Shown in pieces: positions 40,725 to 50,688 of a stretch of 64,000 bases of DNA; the first letter of the stretch is position 1, and every line of letters starts with the position of its first letter. This DNA is from Octopus sinensis (lineage: Eukaryota), in the NCBI RefSeq assembly GCF_006345805.1, contig NC_043010.1:49228001-49292000 (forward strand), in the 5' to 3' direction. Made by a program: the position numbers and the translations under genes. The notes under the pieces are model-generated. The model ran no database searches. It was not told the DNA's origin and saw only the letters and a list, made by a program, of their open reading frames with translations.

Positions 40725-40764
40725 AAGAAATGACCGGTTTCGCGTTCAGCTTTTCAAATTTCTT
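40725..40764 (-). ncRNA. Minimal type I hammerhead ribozyme, U3-A8 variant
   Basis: AAGAAAU-UUGAAAA-GC-UGAAC-GC-GAA-ACCGGU-C-AUUUCUU: 7-bp stem I, G10.1-C11.1 pair, palindromic stem III, GUC triplet. Confidence 0.75.
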
Positions 40765-40846
40765 GCATCGTTATGTTTATGTTGAGAAGAGTTCCAAATA
40801 AGGGGAGGTAATAAGTGATTTCTTCCGGTGTAAGGGAGATAATCGC

Positions 40847-41699
40847 TTAAAATTTTTTGTCTTTCCTTTGGAGTGAATTTCTCTGTATAAGTATGTTGGA
40901 ATGGTTAAGTCTGGGCTTGTACTTTTCAATGAAGAATGTTTCCTTGTTTAGTCTAATTTGTGTTGGTGTTCCGATAGCACAGTGGTAAAATGGAAAGATT
41001 AAAAATTGTGGTAGTAGTTGCTTTGCGCATTTCTCAATGTGCTCACTAAAGGGTATCATTCTGTATTCTGGGAATGCAATCTGTTGTCGATGCAGTGTGC
41101 ATCTACATCTGAGTGATAGTCCTGTGGATCCCACGTAGTCTTTGTGGCAGCCCGAGCATTTTATGACATAAATTATGTTTTCAGAGGCACAAGTAAAATT
41201 AGATTTGATCTTGAATTTCTGTCCCTCTTTGAAGAGGAATTCTGATCCTTCTAGCAGGTTTGGACATGTTGCACAGTTCGGTCTACCACATTTTTTTACT
41301 TTTGCATCCGTAATTTCAGAAAACAACTTTGCCTTTGTGAGAATCTTTTTAAGTGATTTAGGTTGTTTGTAGCTTTTAATGATTTGGTGTATGTTTAGAA
41401 TTTCCTTTAATTTGGGGTCCTTATGAAGTATTGGTAAATTCTGAGTGATGATGGTGAAGGCTTCTTTGTTTCTGGGGTTGTATGTGGATATGTAAGGTAG
41501 TATTTTCGGGGAAGGTGTGTTGTTGTGTTGAACTTTTCTTAAAGTTTCTATGTTGATTTCTGTTGCACGTCTGATCCCATCCTCTATGAGTTGAGCTGGG
41601 TAATGTCTGTCAATTAGGGTGTTTTTGAGTTTTTGCAGTCTAAAGTTCCTGGTATTTTGTTCTGACACTATTGTGCATATCCTTCTTGCAAGGTTGAAG
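40847..41699 (-). pseudogene. PLE RT thumb, linker and GIY-YIG endonuclease (open frame, truncated)
   Basis: Open reading frame from FNLARRICTIV to the stop at 40847, with GIY-YIG motifs. Confidence 0.85.
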
Positions 41700-41886
41700 A
41701 AAATGCAAAATGAGACAAGAACGCAAACATCCAGAGAGGTGATACAAAGAAGGGACAACAAAACATTCATATATATATATATTATATATATATATATATT
41801 AATAATATGAAGGTGAATAATTATTAACTTAAAAAAAACAACAACTATTTACGGGTAGATTTCGGTATGGAAATATAACCATTATC

Positions 41887-42189
41887 GGTATTTTGTTCTG
41901 ACACTATTGTGCATATCCTTCTTGCAAGGTTGAAGGGGATGTTTGTTTTAGTGTGTCTTGGGTGGCATGAATTAAAAAGAAGGTATTGTTTGGCGTCTGT
42001 GGCTTTGTAAAAAATGTCTGTTTCTATTTTAAGGTTAATTTTTTTAATTAGTATATCCAAGAATGGGAGCTCCTTTTGGTTGTATTCCATTGTGAACTGT
42101 ATATTTGGGTTTATGCTGTTCAATAGGTCTTTAAATTTTAGGAGTTTATCTGTGTTTTCATTTTTACTATTTTCTATATATTCAACCAC
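41887..42189 (-). pseudogene. PLE reverse transcriptase fragment (late RT motifs)
   Basis: LNSINPNIQFTMEY..KELPFLDILI...YKATD..YL.F.SCHP. Confidence 0.85.
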
Positions 42190-42305
42190 GTGCTTTCACA
42201 AACCAACTTTCTCATCTATATATATATATATATATGTAGGTCCCGGGTTGATCCGGGGTTAACCACAGTAAGTAAGGTACTCAATACATAGCAGAGTAAA
42301 ATTAT

Positions 42306-42433
42306 TTATTATATAGAAGGAGCTTCTACAGGACTAGTACTGTTTCATTCAAGAGAAATCTTCAGGAATCTTCCTGAAGATTTCTCTTGAATGAAACAGT
42401 ACTAGTCCTGTAGAAGCTCCTTCTATATAATAA
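42306..42433. repeat. 128-bp palindrome (63-bp arms, 2-nt spacer), inverted PLE terminal repeat
   Basis: Perfect arm complementarity around TC at 42369-70; (TA)n on the right. Confidence 0.9.
42370..42416 (+). ncRNA. Type I hammerhead ribozyme candidate
   Basis: CUUC-CUGAAGA-U-UUC(UCUU)GAA-U-GAA-ACAG(UACUAGUC)CUGU-A-GAAG; GUA triplet at 42410-12. Confidence 0.65.
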
Positions 42434-42514
42434 TATATATATATATATATATATATATGTACCTATATATGTATATATGTATATTAATCAAAATAAAAAC
42501 ATGATGCCAAGGAT

Positions 42515-42598
42515 TTAGCGGTACATATGTTTCGGGCCTTTATTAGATGATTTTATAACAATGCATAATGTGTGTCTATAGCCTTCTTCAGTTGCGTA
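42515..42598 (-). ncRNA. Decayed type I hammerhead with long stem II loop
   Basis: CUGAAGA-AGGCU...GGCCC-GAA-ACAUAUGU-A; palindromic stem III; stem I mismatched. Confidence 0.45.
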
Positions 42599-43475
42599 CA
42601 ATTACTACTTCAAGGACATGTATTACATTATAAGTTTTACGTTGGGGATGCAAATCCTCATAGTCACTTACGACAGAGTGGGGCACCAACACAAAATCGA
42701 AGCGTCCATCCCATCTTTCACTCGATGTAGAATGAGGAAGTTTGGATGTTGAGATAGAGAGGGAAGGGGTTGGTGGGGTTGAATCTTTAGTGAGTTAGGG
42801 ATCACAAAGAGGGAGGGTGGTGGGTGCAAAAGGTAGTAAAAGAGTAAAAAATTACAAAAGAGTAAAAATTAAAAAATATATAAAAAAATATAAGAATATA
42901 AAAAAATATATAAGAATATAAAAAAAGTATCTAAGTATATAAATATATAAATCAATATATAAATATATAAATATATAAATATACACAGCCATGAAAAAAA
43001 CATTGTAATATAAATAAATAGAGATAAAGATAAAGAAGCAAGAACTAAGGACGAAAGAAAAAAAAATAATAAGGATAAGAAAATTTTTAAAAATATATAA
43101 GGGGAAGGGATATAAAGGGGTGAAGAAATGTAAAGGGGTGAAGAACTAACAGGGTGGTCAGAAGATAGCGTAAGGTACAGAAAGATGACATATTCTGGTT
43201 GTTCGTAATGGCGGGGTGTCATAAATCAACTTAAATGTCTGGAGACCAAGTATATGGTCAATCTCGGTTGTCTGGTTTGAGGTTAAACAGTTTATCTACT
43301 TCCTCGTAAATTGTCTTTGTTACTAGTGGTCAACACGTACATACGTACACGCATGCATACATATACACATACACACGTATACACATCCACACGTATATAT
43401 ACATACGTACTCTCGTGTAAAAATACTGACAGGGATATGCATATACATACGTCTCGCTACGTACAGATACCTATG

Positions 43476-43507
<32 letters not shown>

Positions 43508-43541
43508 CAAATGTCCCGCTACGTACAGATACCTATGTATG

Positions 43542-43574
<33 letters not shown>

Positions 43575-43596
43575 TATATATTGTTATATTTCGTAA

Positions 43597-44025
43597 TGGT
43601 CATCTATAATTGGTAGAACCTATCCTTTTAGTAGAACCCCATGTACGGATAAGTACTGTACTGTATGTAGATTTAGCCCACAAACAAACTGTAAAGCCAG
43701 AAATGTAGTCTATAGTATAAGATGTATAGAGGGACGATGCAGTAACAAGACAACGACATACGTAGGGGAAACGGCAAGAAGCATAGGAGAGCGGGTAAAT
43801 AAGCATTGGAGACAACTCAAGGAAGGTAAAAGCTCATCGATTCTGTACCAACACGCCGAACAGGAACACGGGAGATCAAGCAATAACATAGAAATTAAAA
43901 TATTATCCACACATAGATCAGATGCAACAATTAGACAAATTACAGAAGCTACACACATAATAGAAAATAAACCTAGCATGAATAGAAAACTAGAATGGAG
44001 CACTAACACACACCACAACATATGA
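43597..44025 (+). pseudogene. GIY-YIG endonuclease of a second PLE (5'-truncated, absent from the ORF track)
   Basis: Hand translation, 142 codons without a stop: PCTDKYCTVC...CKARNVVYSIRC...YVGETARSIGER...H...RQITEA.HI.ENKPSMNRKLEW; (TA)n on both sides. Confidence 0.85.
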
Positions 44026-44082
44026 CGATAGAGGATCCTGAAAACATAATAAATACACAGATAAATAAACTGATAGAAATAA

Positions 44083-44121
<39 letters not shown>

Positions 44122-44126
<5 letters not shown>

Positions 44127-44184
44127 TCGCTTTTATCCTTCGAAACGTTTAGTAGATGAAACCTTAGCGACTGAAGAAGGGGAT
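44122..44184 (+). ncRNA. Candidate non-circularly permuted hammerhead, copy 1
   Basis: Same core as copy 2; stem III partner is AUGU from the junction with the (TA)n flank. Confidence 0.6.
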
Positions 44185-45238
44185 TTTTCGTTGTGCTTAT
44201 TGTCCTGTATCTCTTTTTTTGCCTGTCTTGTTCCTTGGTTTGTGTCTATGTTTTTCGTCTCTCTATGTGTTCGACGTCTTTTTGGTGTCCTGTACACATA
44301 TATGCGTGTATATGTACATGTAGAGGTAGGTACGTACATATATGTTTATATATATGCATATGTTCTATTTTATTAACATATTATACGACTAAACGCACGC
44401 ACCCTATTAAGTAAGATTGTTCTGTTTATCAAGTTAGCCTTGATATTAACTCTCACGCGACTCTGCATCTTTCTTTCTTTCTCTCCCATTCCCTTTTTCG
44501 TCTTTTTTCCCTCACTTAACTTGTCTCTTCCTCTCTCTCTCATTCTTCATTCTCTCTCTCCCTTTCACCATTCTTCATGGTCTCCTCGCACCATTCCCCT
44601 TCTTCTCTCTCTTCCTCTTGCTCCTCCTCCCCCATTCCCGTCGTCCATCTGCGACGATACTTCCGTCGTAACTGCTATCCTGTCTTTTCTCGCCCGCCTT
44701 CTAAAGCTACTGGTCGACATTTTTTCTCTCTCGTCGTCCACTATAATCCAGCGTTTGCAATACTTTTTTCGTCTGGCGTTAACAGCCCTTCTTATCTTGT
44801 TCTCCTTGTCCAGTCTCTCACTGTTATATATTTATTTTTCCACTGTTTATGTATATATTTTTTACTGTTTATATGTTTGTACTGTCGTTACCATCTTGCT
44901 TTTTTTACCCCTCTGCGAAAAGATCTCAGAATTTTAATTGATTTGCTTTTCGCAGGAAGGAAGTTTTCTTCGAAGTATACGTCTCGCTTTTATCCTTCGA
45001 AACGTTTAGTAGATGAAACCTTAGCGACTGAAGAAGGGGATTTTTCGTTGTGCTTATTGTCCTGTATCTCTTTTTTTGCTTGTCTTGTTCCTTGGTTTGT
45101 GTCTATGTTTTTCGTCTCTCTATGTGTTCGACGTCTTTTTGGTGTCCTGTACACATATATGCGTGTATATGTACATGTAGAGGTAGGTACGTACATATAT
45201 GTTTATATATATGCATATGTTCTATTTTATTAACATAT
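44124..45238 (+). mobile_element. Young non-coding PLE-derived partial tandem (857-bp unit, 258-bp direct repeats)
   Basis: 44124-44381 and 44981-45238 differ at one position that I could find; inserted in (TA)n; each repeat carries an HHR-like motif. Confidence 0.85.
44979..45041 (+). ncRNA. Candidate non-circularly permuted hammerhead, copy 2
   Basis: ACGU-C-UCGCU-uuu-AUCCUU-C-GAA-ACGU-(17 nt)-AGCGA-CUGAAGA-A-GGGGAU; all three stems pair but in non-circular order. Confidence 0.7.
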
Positions 45239-46451
45239 ATATATATGTATATGTATGTATATATATATTTTTTTTTAATAAATTTTTTTATTTAATAATT
45301 AAAAAAAATTTTTTTTTTATTCGATTTATTATTATTATTACTAGTATTGTTGTTATACATACAAGCATATGTAATGATAATAATAAGTGGATGTAAACAC
45401 ATGAACAAAATAAGAATAAACAAAAACAACAAAAACAAAATACAAATTACATGAACATATATAAACAGAAGATACAAATATTACAGGCATTCCCCCACAT
45501 ACACACACTAAATAAACATAAACGCACATAGAGATATAAGCATGCGCAAATGAAGACATACAATAGAAATACAAAATGGCTGACGGTTAGTAAGGAGAGA
45601 CACAAATAAGAAAGAAGAAAACAAAGGACCACTGATGCGGTCACAGGAGTGTGATGAAAGAACTCTGGCCGAAATAAGATTAAGATTAATGTAAAAAATA
45701 AATAACACTGAAGCAAAATAACACCAAATATATAGTGCGTGTGTTTTTTATTGGCTAAACTGGCAAAATGACCATTCCGAAATATAACTATATCTGTTTC
45801 AACACACGACTTCACATAAAAAATCTTGCACAACAAATATTTAAACGTATATATATATATATGTATGTATGTATACACACACATACCTATACACACATAC
45901 ACACACACATACATGCACAACTAATTTTCACGCAGTTTCCATCAATCAAATTCACTCGCAAGGCATTGGTCAGCCCAGGGCTATAGTAGAAGACACATGC
46001 CCAAAGTGTCATGCAGTGGGATTGAACCTGAAACCACATGATCGCAAAGAAAGGCTTCATAATCACACAGCTACCAAATATTTTTTGAAGTTACAAAACT
46101 ATAAATATATTAACTAATCTATTCTCTTTTTCTTTTTCATTTATCTTGATGTTTGACATCAGAAATTCTTATGCTGTATTTTTTTTTTTAAATATCTGTC
46201 AACAGATAAATATATGTTCAGATATAATTTATGTAGTGAACTTGCATTTTGACAGTAATCTCTCACAAAAAAGTGGTTCGTAAGCTTAATCCGTATTGAT
46301 AATCACATGACCAGTTGAATTTAACTTTTCACTGTCAATAATCGCACAGAAAATATAGAGCAATTTAAACAAAAGTGCATATTCCACCAAAAAGCCAGTA
46401 TGAGAATTTCTCTCATGGTCTCTACTGCAGTATAAATAAATAATAAATGCA

Positions 46452-46952
46452 CCCTGTTAAAGCCTAGCCAGGCTCATGGGCCCGGTTTCCTGGTTTCAGT
46501 GGCATATGTGTTCCCCCCAGCTGGATGGGATGCCAGTCCATCACAGCGTTACTCATTTTTGTTAGCTGAGTGGATGGACCAATGTGAAATGAAGTGTTTT
46601 GCTCAAGAACACAACGCGTCACCCGGTCCAGGAATCGAAACTACTATCTTACGATCATGATGCTGACACCCTGACCATTAAGCCACAGGCCTTGACAAAT
46701 AAATAAATGTGCCCTTTTAAAACCTAGTCAGGCTCATGGGCCCGGTTTCCCGGTTTCAATGGCGTATATGTTCCCCTGCTGGACAGGACACTAGTCCATC
46801 GCAGCATTGCTCATTTTTGCCAGCTGAGTGGACTGGAGCAACATGAGATGAAGTGATTTGCTCAAGAAAACGTGTCGCCCGGTCCAGGAATCAAAACCAC
46901 AATCTTTTGATCATGATGCTGATACCCTAAACACTAAGCCATACACCTCCAC
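46452..46952 (-). mobile_element. Two tandem SINE family D copies
   Basis: Repeated GGCTCATGGGCCCGGTTTCC...CTCAAGAA...GGTCCAGGAATC; matches 17185-17415. Confidence 0.85.
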
Positions 46953-47394
46953 CTACTGCAGTATAGTTTGTTCCAACAGAACATCCACGTTTAAGCGGTG
47001 ATAAATATTATCACTCAGTATTAATACTGCCTCTGTCACTAATATATGTTTGTGAGCAGAAAATCAGTTCAAAATGATTGGTCTGGTTCTGCATATATCT
47101 TGTAACTGTATTTAATACCATTTTTAACCAACTGGATAATCAGCTATGTGTTGCAAAATTTGGTTTTGGCAAACTCCCCACTAAGAATGCTATACTCTTT
47201 TGAAACCTACTTGATGTTATTTAAGCAAACTTAATTCACATATTGCCAGATTTTGTCTCATTGACATCCAAAACTATGCTGGACTGTGAGATGCCAAAGA
47301 CACTCTTACAACTTCGGTAAATTTGCTTATAACAATTCTTGTTCTTGTATTGCATGAAGCAATCAAAAGGATTTGATTGCCTTACTTTCTTTTA

Positions 47395-47860
47395 TCTTTT
47401 ATCTTTTACTTGTTTCAGTCTTTGGACTGTGGCCATGCTGGGGCACCATTTTGAAATGTTTGGTCGACCAAATTGACCTTAATGCATTTTATTTTATGTC
47501 TTGTACTTATTCAATCATTTTTCTTTCTACACAAAGTGCTAAATTACAGGGACATAAATAAACTGACACTAGTTGTCCAATAGCGGTAGGGGACAAACAC
47601 ACACACATGCACACGCACACACAGATATACACATGCATTTTATTATCTAATATATATACACTTTTCTTCATGTATGACAAGTAAATCCGAATATTTATAT
47701 ATATACAACAGGTTTCTTTCAGTTTCCATATACCAAAATCCACTCAAAAAGTTTTGGTTGAATTTGAGCTGTAGTGGGAGACACTTGCCCAGAGTACTAC
47801 TCAGTGAGACTAAACCGAAGATCACAGGTCTGGGAAGCAAGCTTCTTTCAACACACCCAA
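47395..47860 (-). mobile_element. SINE family A (degenerate)
   Basis: Family A tail and head motifs. Confidence 0.7.
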
Positions 47861-47879
47861 TCCATGTAATATTTTCTCC

Positions 47880-48137
47880 GGTGGCATGTAAAAAGCACCA
47901 ACCGATCTTGGCCGTTGCCAGCCTCCCCTGTCACCTGTGACGGTGGCACATAAAAAGCACCCATTACACACACGGAGTGGTTGGCGTTAGGAAGGGCATC
48001 CAGCTGTAGAAACACTGCCAGATCAGACTGAAGCCTGGTGCAGCCTCCTGGCTTCCCAGACCTGGTCGAACCGTCCAACCCATGCTAGCATGGAAAACAG
48101 ACGTTAAACGATGATGATGATGATGATGATGATGATG
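47880..48137 (+). mobile_element. Family C retroposon with (GAT)n tail
   Basis: GGTTGGCGTTAGGAAGGGCATCCAGC...GACGTTAAAC(GAT)n. Confidence 0.8.
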
Positions 48138-48650
48138 CATTTTGTACTTATAATGAAATCTGTCATGTTTTAACACAGCAAACTGATTGTTATAAACACT
48201 TGATTTACTAAAACCTGCCACATTCAGGCATATATTTTCTCACTTTTGCTATTTTCTCTGTCTATACACATTCTTGCTTGTTGTTTGCTATCATACACTG
48301 TGCTGACAACAATACTTTGCTCTGCCATACATATTTTATTTTGGACATCTCTACTTTCTTTGACATGCAGGCTTTTTGTTCAGTTAGCAAGTTTAAGTGT
48401 TCATCAGAATCCTTCTGATGCACAACAGGCTGCTCTGTAGTAACCACATAGGATTTGCGAATCACAGAAAATGTATAAAAACCATTAATAAAAAATATCA
48501 GAACTGTTTCAATGTTGAAGTCAGATTTTGTATAATGTTTGGAAGAATTTTACAATGTATTTACTTTTTAATGGAACATTAGCTTTCAATCAATTTGGAA
48601 GAAAAAAGAACCAAATTCTATGTGTGTTTTTTTTCCTGCATGAATGCAAG

Positions 48651-49035
48651 GCCTATAGCCTAACCACTGCAAGGTTATTGACTAATAACTGCAGGGCTAT
48701 AGATTAATAACTGTCAGGTCTATAACCTAGTTACTGTAAGGTTATAGACTAGTAACTGCTGGGTTATAGACTAATATTCTCAAGGCCTATAACCTAATAA
48801 CTACAGGGTCTATAACCTGATAACTGTAGGGTTACAGACTAATATCATCAAGGCCTATAACCTAATAACTGCAGGGATGTTGATTAATAACAGTAGAGCC
48901 TACAACCTAATAACGCTAAAGTTATAAACTAATAACTGCAGGTCCTATAACCTAATAACTGCATGGCCTATAGCCTAATAACTGTTGAGCCTACAGCTTA
49001 ATAACTGCAGGACTATTGACTGATAGCTCTACAGG
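48651..49035. repeat. Degenerate 21-22 bp minisatellite
   Basis: Recurrent CTATAACCTAATAACTGCAGG-like units. Confidence 0.8.
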
Positions 49036-49544
49036 ATAAGCTCGAGGAAAGGTATTGCTGGTGTTAATATAGTTTATGCAAAATTCTTTAATAATTAGGC
49101 TGATCAGAATATTTATTCAAGGAGGATAACAAGACTGATCAATTGAGGAATTTATAAACTTTTCTATACAGTGTTGGAGAGCATAAGGACTAAAGTTGTA
49201 GATGAGAAAAAGTTAGCTGATATGAAGAACTGGAAGCCATCTGAAACAATTATTTAGCATCTTGATTTTGATGGGGATTTTTCCACAAATTAGATGGTTA
49301 ATGATGAATTCATTTTAATCACTAAGGACTCTTCTTGGCTATTCAGTGGTGTTGCCCTTGTTTGCAACAGTGATCTATACCAATTATAGTACCTATTTAC
49401 AAAGTTAAGGCCTTGGATAGAGAGCAGTACTAATGATAAAATATGAATCTTTTGAGAGGCACATGATTGAGTTGGTTGATTTGGCAGAATCATTAGCATG
49501 CCAGGCGAAATGCTTAGCTGTATTTCGTCTGCCGTTACATTCAT

Positions 49545-49965
49545 CATCATCATCATCATCGTTTAGCGTCCGCTTTCCATGCTGGCATGGGTTGGACGGT
49601 TCAACTGGGGTCTGGGAAGCCAGAAGGCTGCACTAGGCCCAGTCTGATCTGGCAATGTTTCTACGGCTGGATGCCCTTCCTAACGCCAACCACTCCATGA
49701 GTGTAGTGGGTGCTTTTTATGTGCCACTGGCACAGGTGCCAGATGAGGCTGGCAAATGGCCACGATTGAATGGTGCTTTTTACGTGCCACCAGCACGGCG
49801 TTCTGAGTTCAAATTCTGCCGAGGTCGACTTTGCCTTTCATCCTTTCAGGGTTGATAAATTAAGTACCAGTTACGCACTGGGGTCAATGTAATCGGCTTA
49901 ATCTGTTTGTCTGTCCTTGTTTGTTCCCTCTGTGTTTAGCCCCTTGTGGGTAGTAAAGAAATAGG
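49545..49965. mobile_element. Family C (minus) followed by SINE family B (plus)
   Basis: Family motifs as above. Confidence 0.8.
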
Positions 49966-49974
49966 TTGATTATG

Positions 49975-50688
49975 AATACCACAGATTTAAAGAAGAATGT
50001 CTTTAGAAGGCTGAGGGTGTCTTGGCATCACTCACCAAATCCTTTGTGAGCCGCTCTCCGGCTATCTATCTGCGGCTTTATATAGCTATGGTAAGACCTC
50101 ACCTGGAATTTGCATCACCGGTCTGGAACCCCTACCTTGCCCAGGACATCAATCGTCTGGAAGCTGTTCAGCGACGTGCAACCAAAAGAATACCCTCCAT
50201 CAGGCATTTGCCATATCCTGAATGCCTTACTTCCCTGGGCATGGACACATTGAAACTCCGACGTCTGGCAGCTGACTTGGCAGACACCCATAAAATTATC
50301 AACCATCGCACAAACAATAACTCTGAGCCCCTCTTCAAACTCCACCCATCTAACACCCGTGGACATATTTACAAAGTAAGAAAACAGCACAGCTCCCATG
50401 ACTTCAGGAAACATTTTTTCACGCTGAGAGTTGCTGAAGCATGGAACAAACTGCCGGCATTGGTTGTTAGTTGTCGGAGCACTGCATCCTTCAAAACTTC
50501 CATGCTTCCTGAGATTCGCCAACACTACACTTGATTTTCTTCCCTCCATACACACACAAGCATGTATCTGACTCATACATTGTTCGCGTTCCAGACATTT
50601 CTACATTACTGCATGTACTTTATATGCACTTTCTGACAAGTTGTGGTGCACCTGAGCACTGTATACAATAATTTCATTATTATATTAT
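49975..50688 (+). mobile_element. CR1-clade LINE 3' fragment
   Basis: ORF 50022-50534 LY..MVRPHLEFASPVWNPY...LEAVQRRATK...LRRL..DL...KI...TRGH...FF..RV...WN.LP; short 3' UTR with ATT-rich tail. Confidence 0.9.

Larger units (their letters stand above)
40600..42205 (-). mobile_element. Penelope-like retroelement, 5'-truncated (RT C-terminus plus GIY-YIG endonuclease)
   Basis: RT motifs ELPFLDILI and FYKATDAKQYLLFNSCHP; CGRPNCATC knuckle; IIYVIKCSGC...YVGSTG; KETFFIEKYKPRLN; HHR in the 3' UTR. Confidence 0.92.

Noticed and set aside
41835-41890. Possible hammerhead at the insert junction (CGATAA...ACCGAAATC)
   Set aside because: The CUGANGA box is incomplete and no consistent stem I or stem III was found.
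44577-45233. 218-aa and 165-aa plus-strand ORFs within the 857-bp unit
   Set aside because: Low-complexity products of a pyrimidine-rich UTR, with no RT or endonuclease motifs.
45628-45690. CTGATGC...GGCCGAAAT hammerhead-like spacing
   Set aside because: A9 is missing and stem I cannot form.
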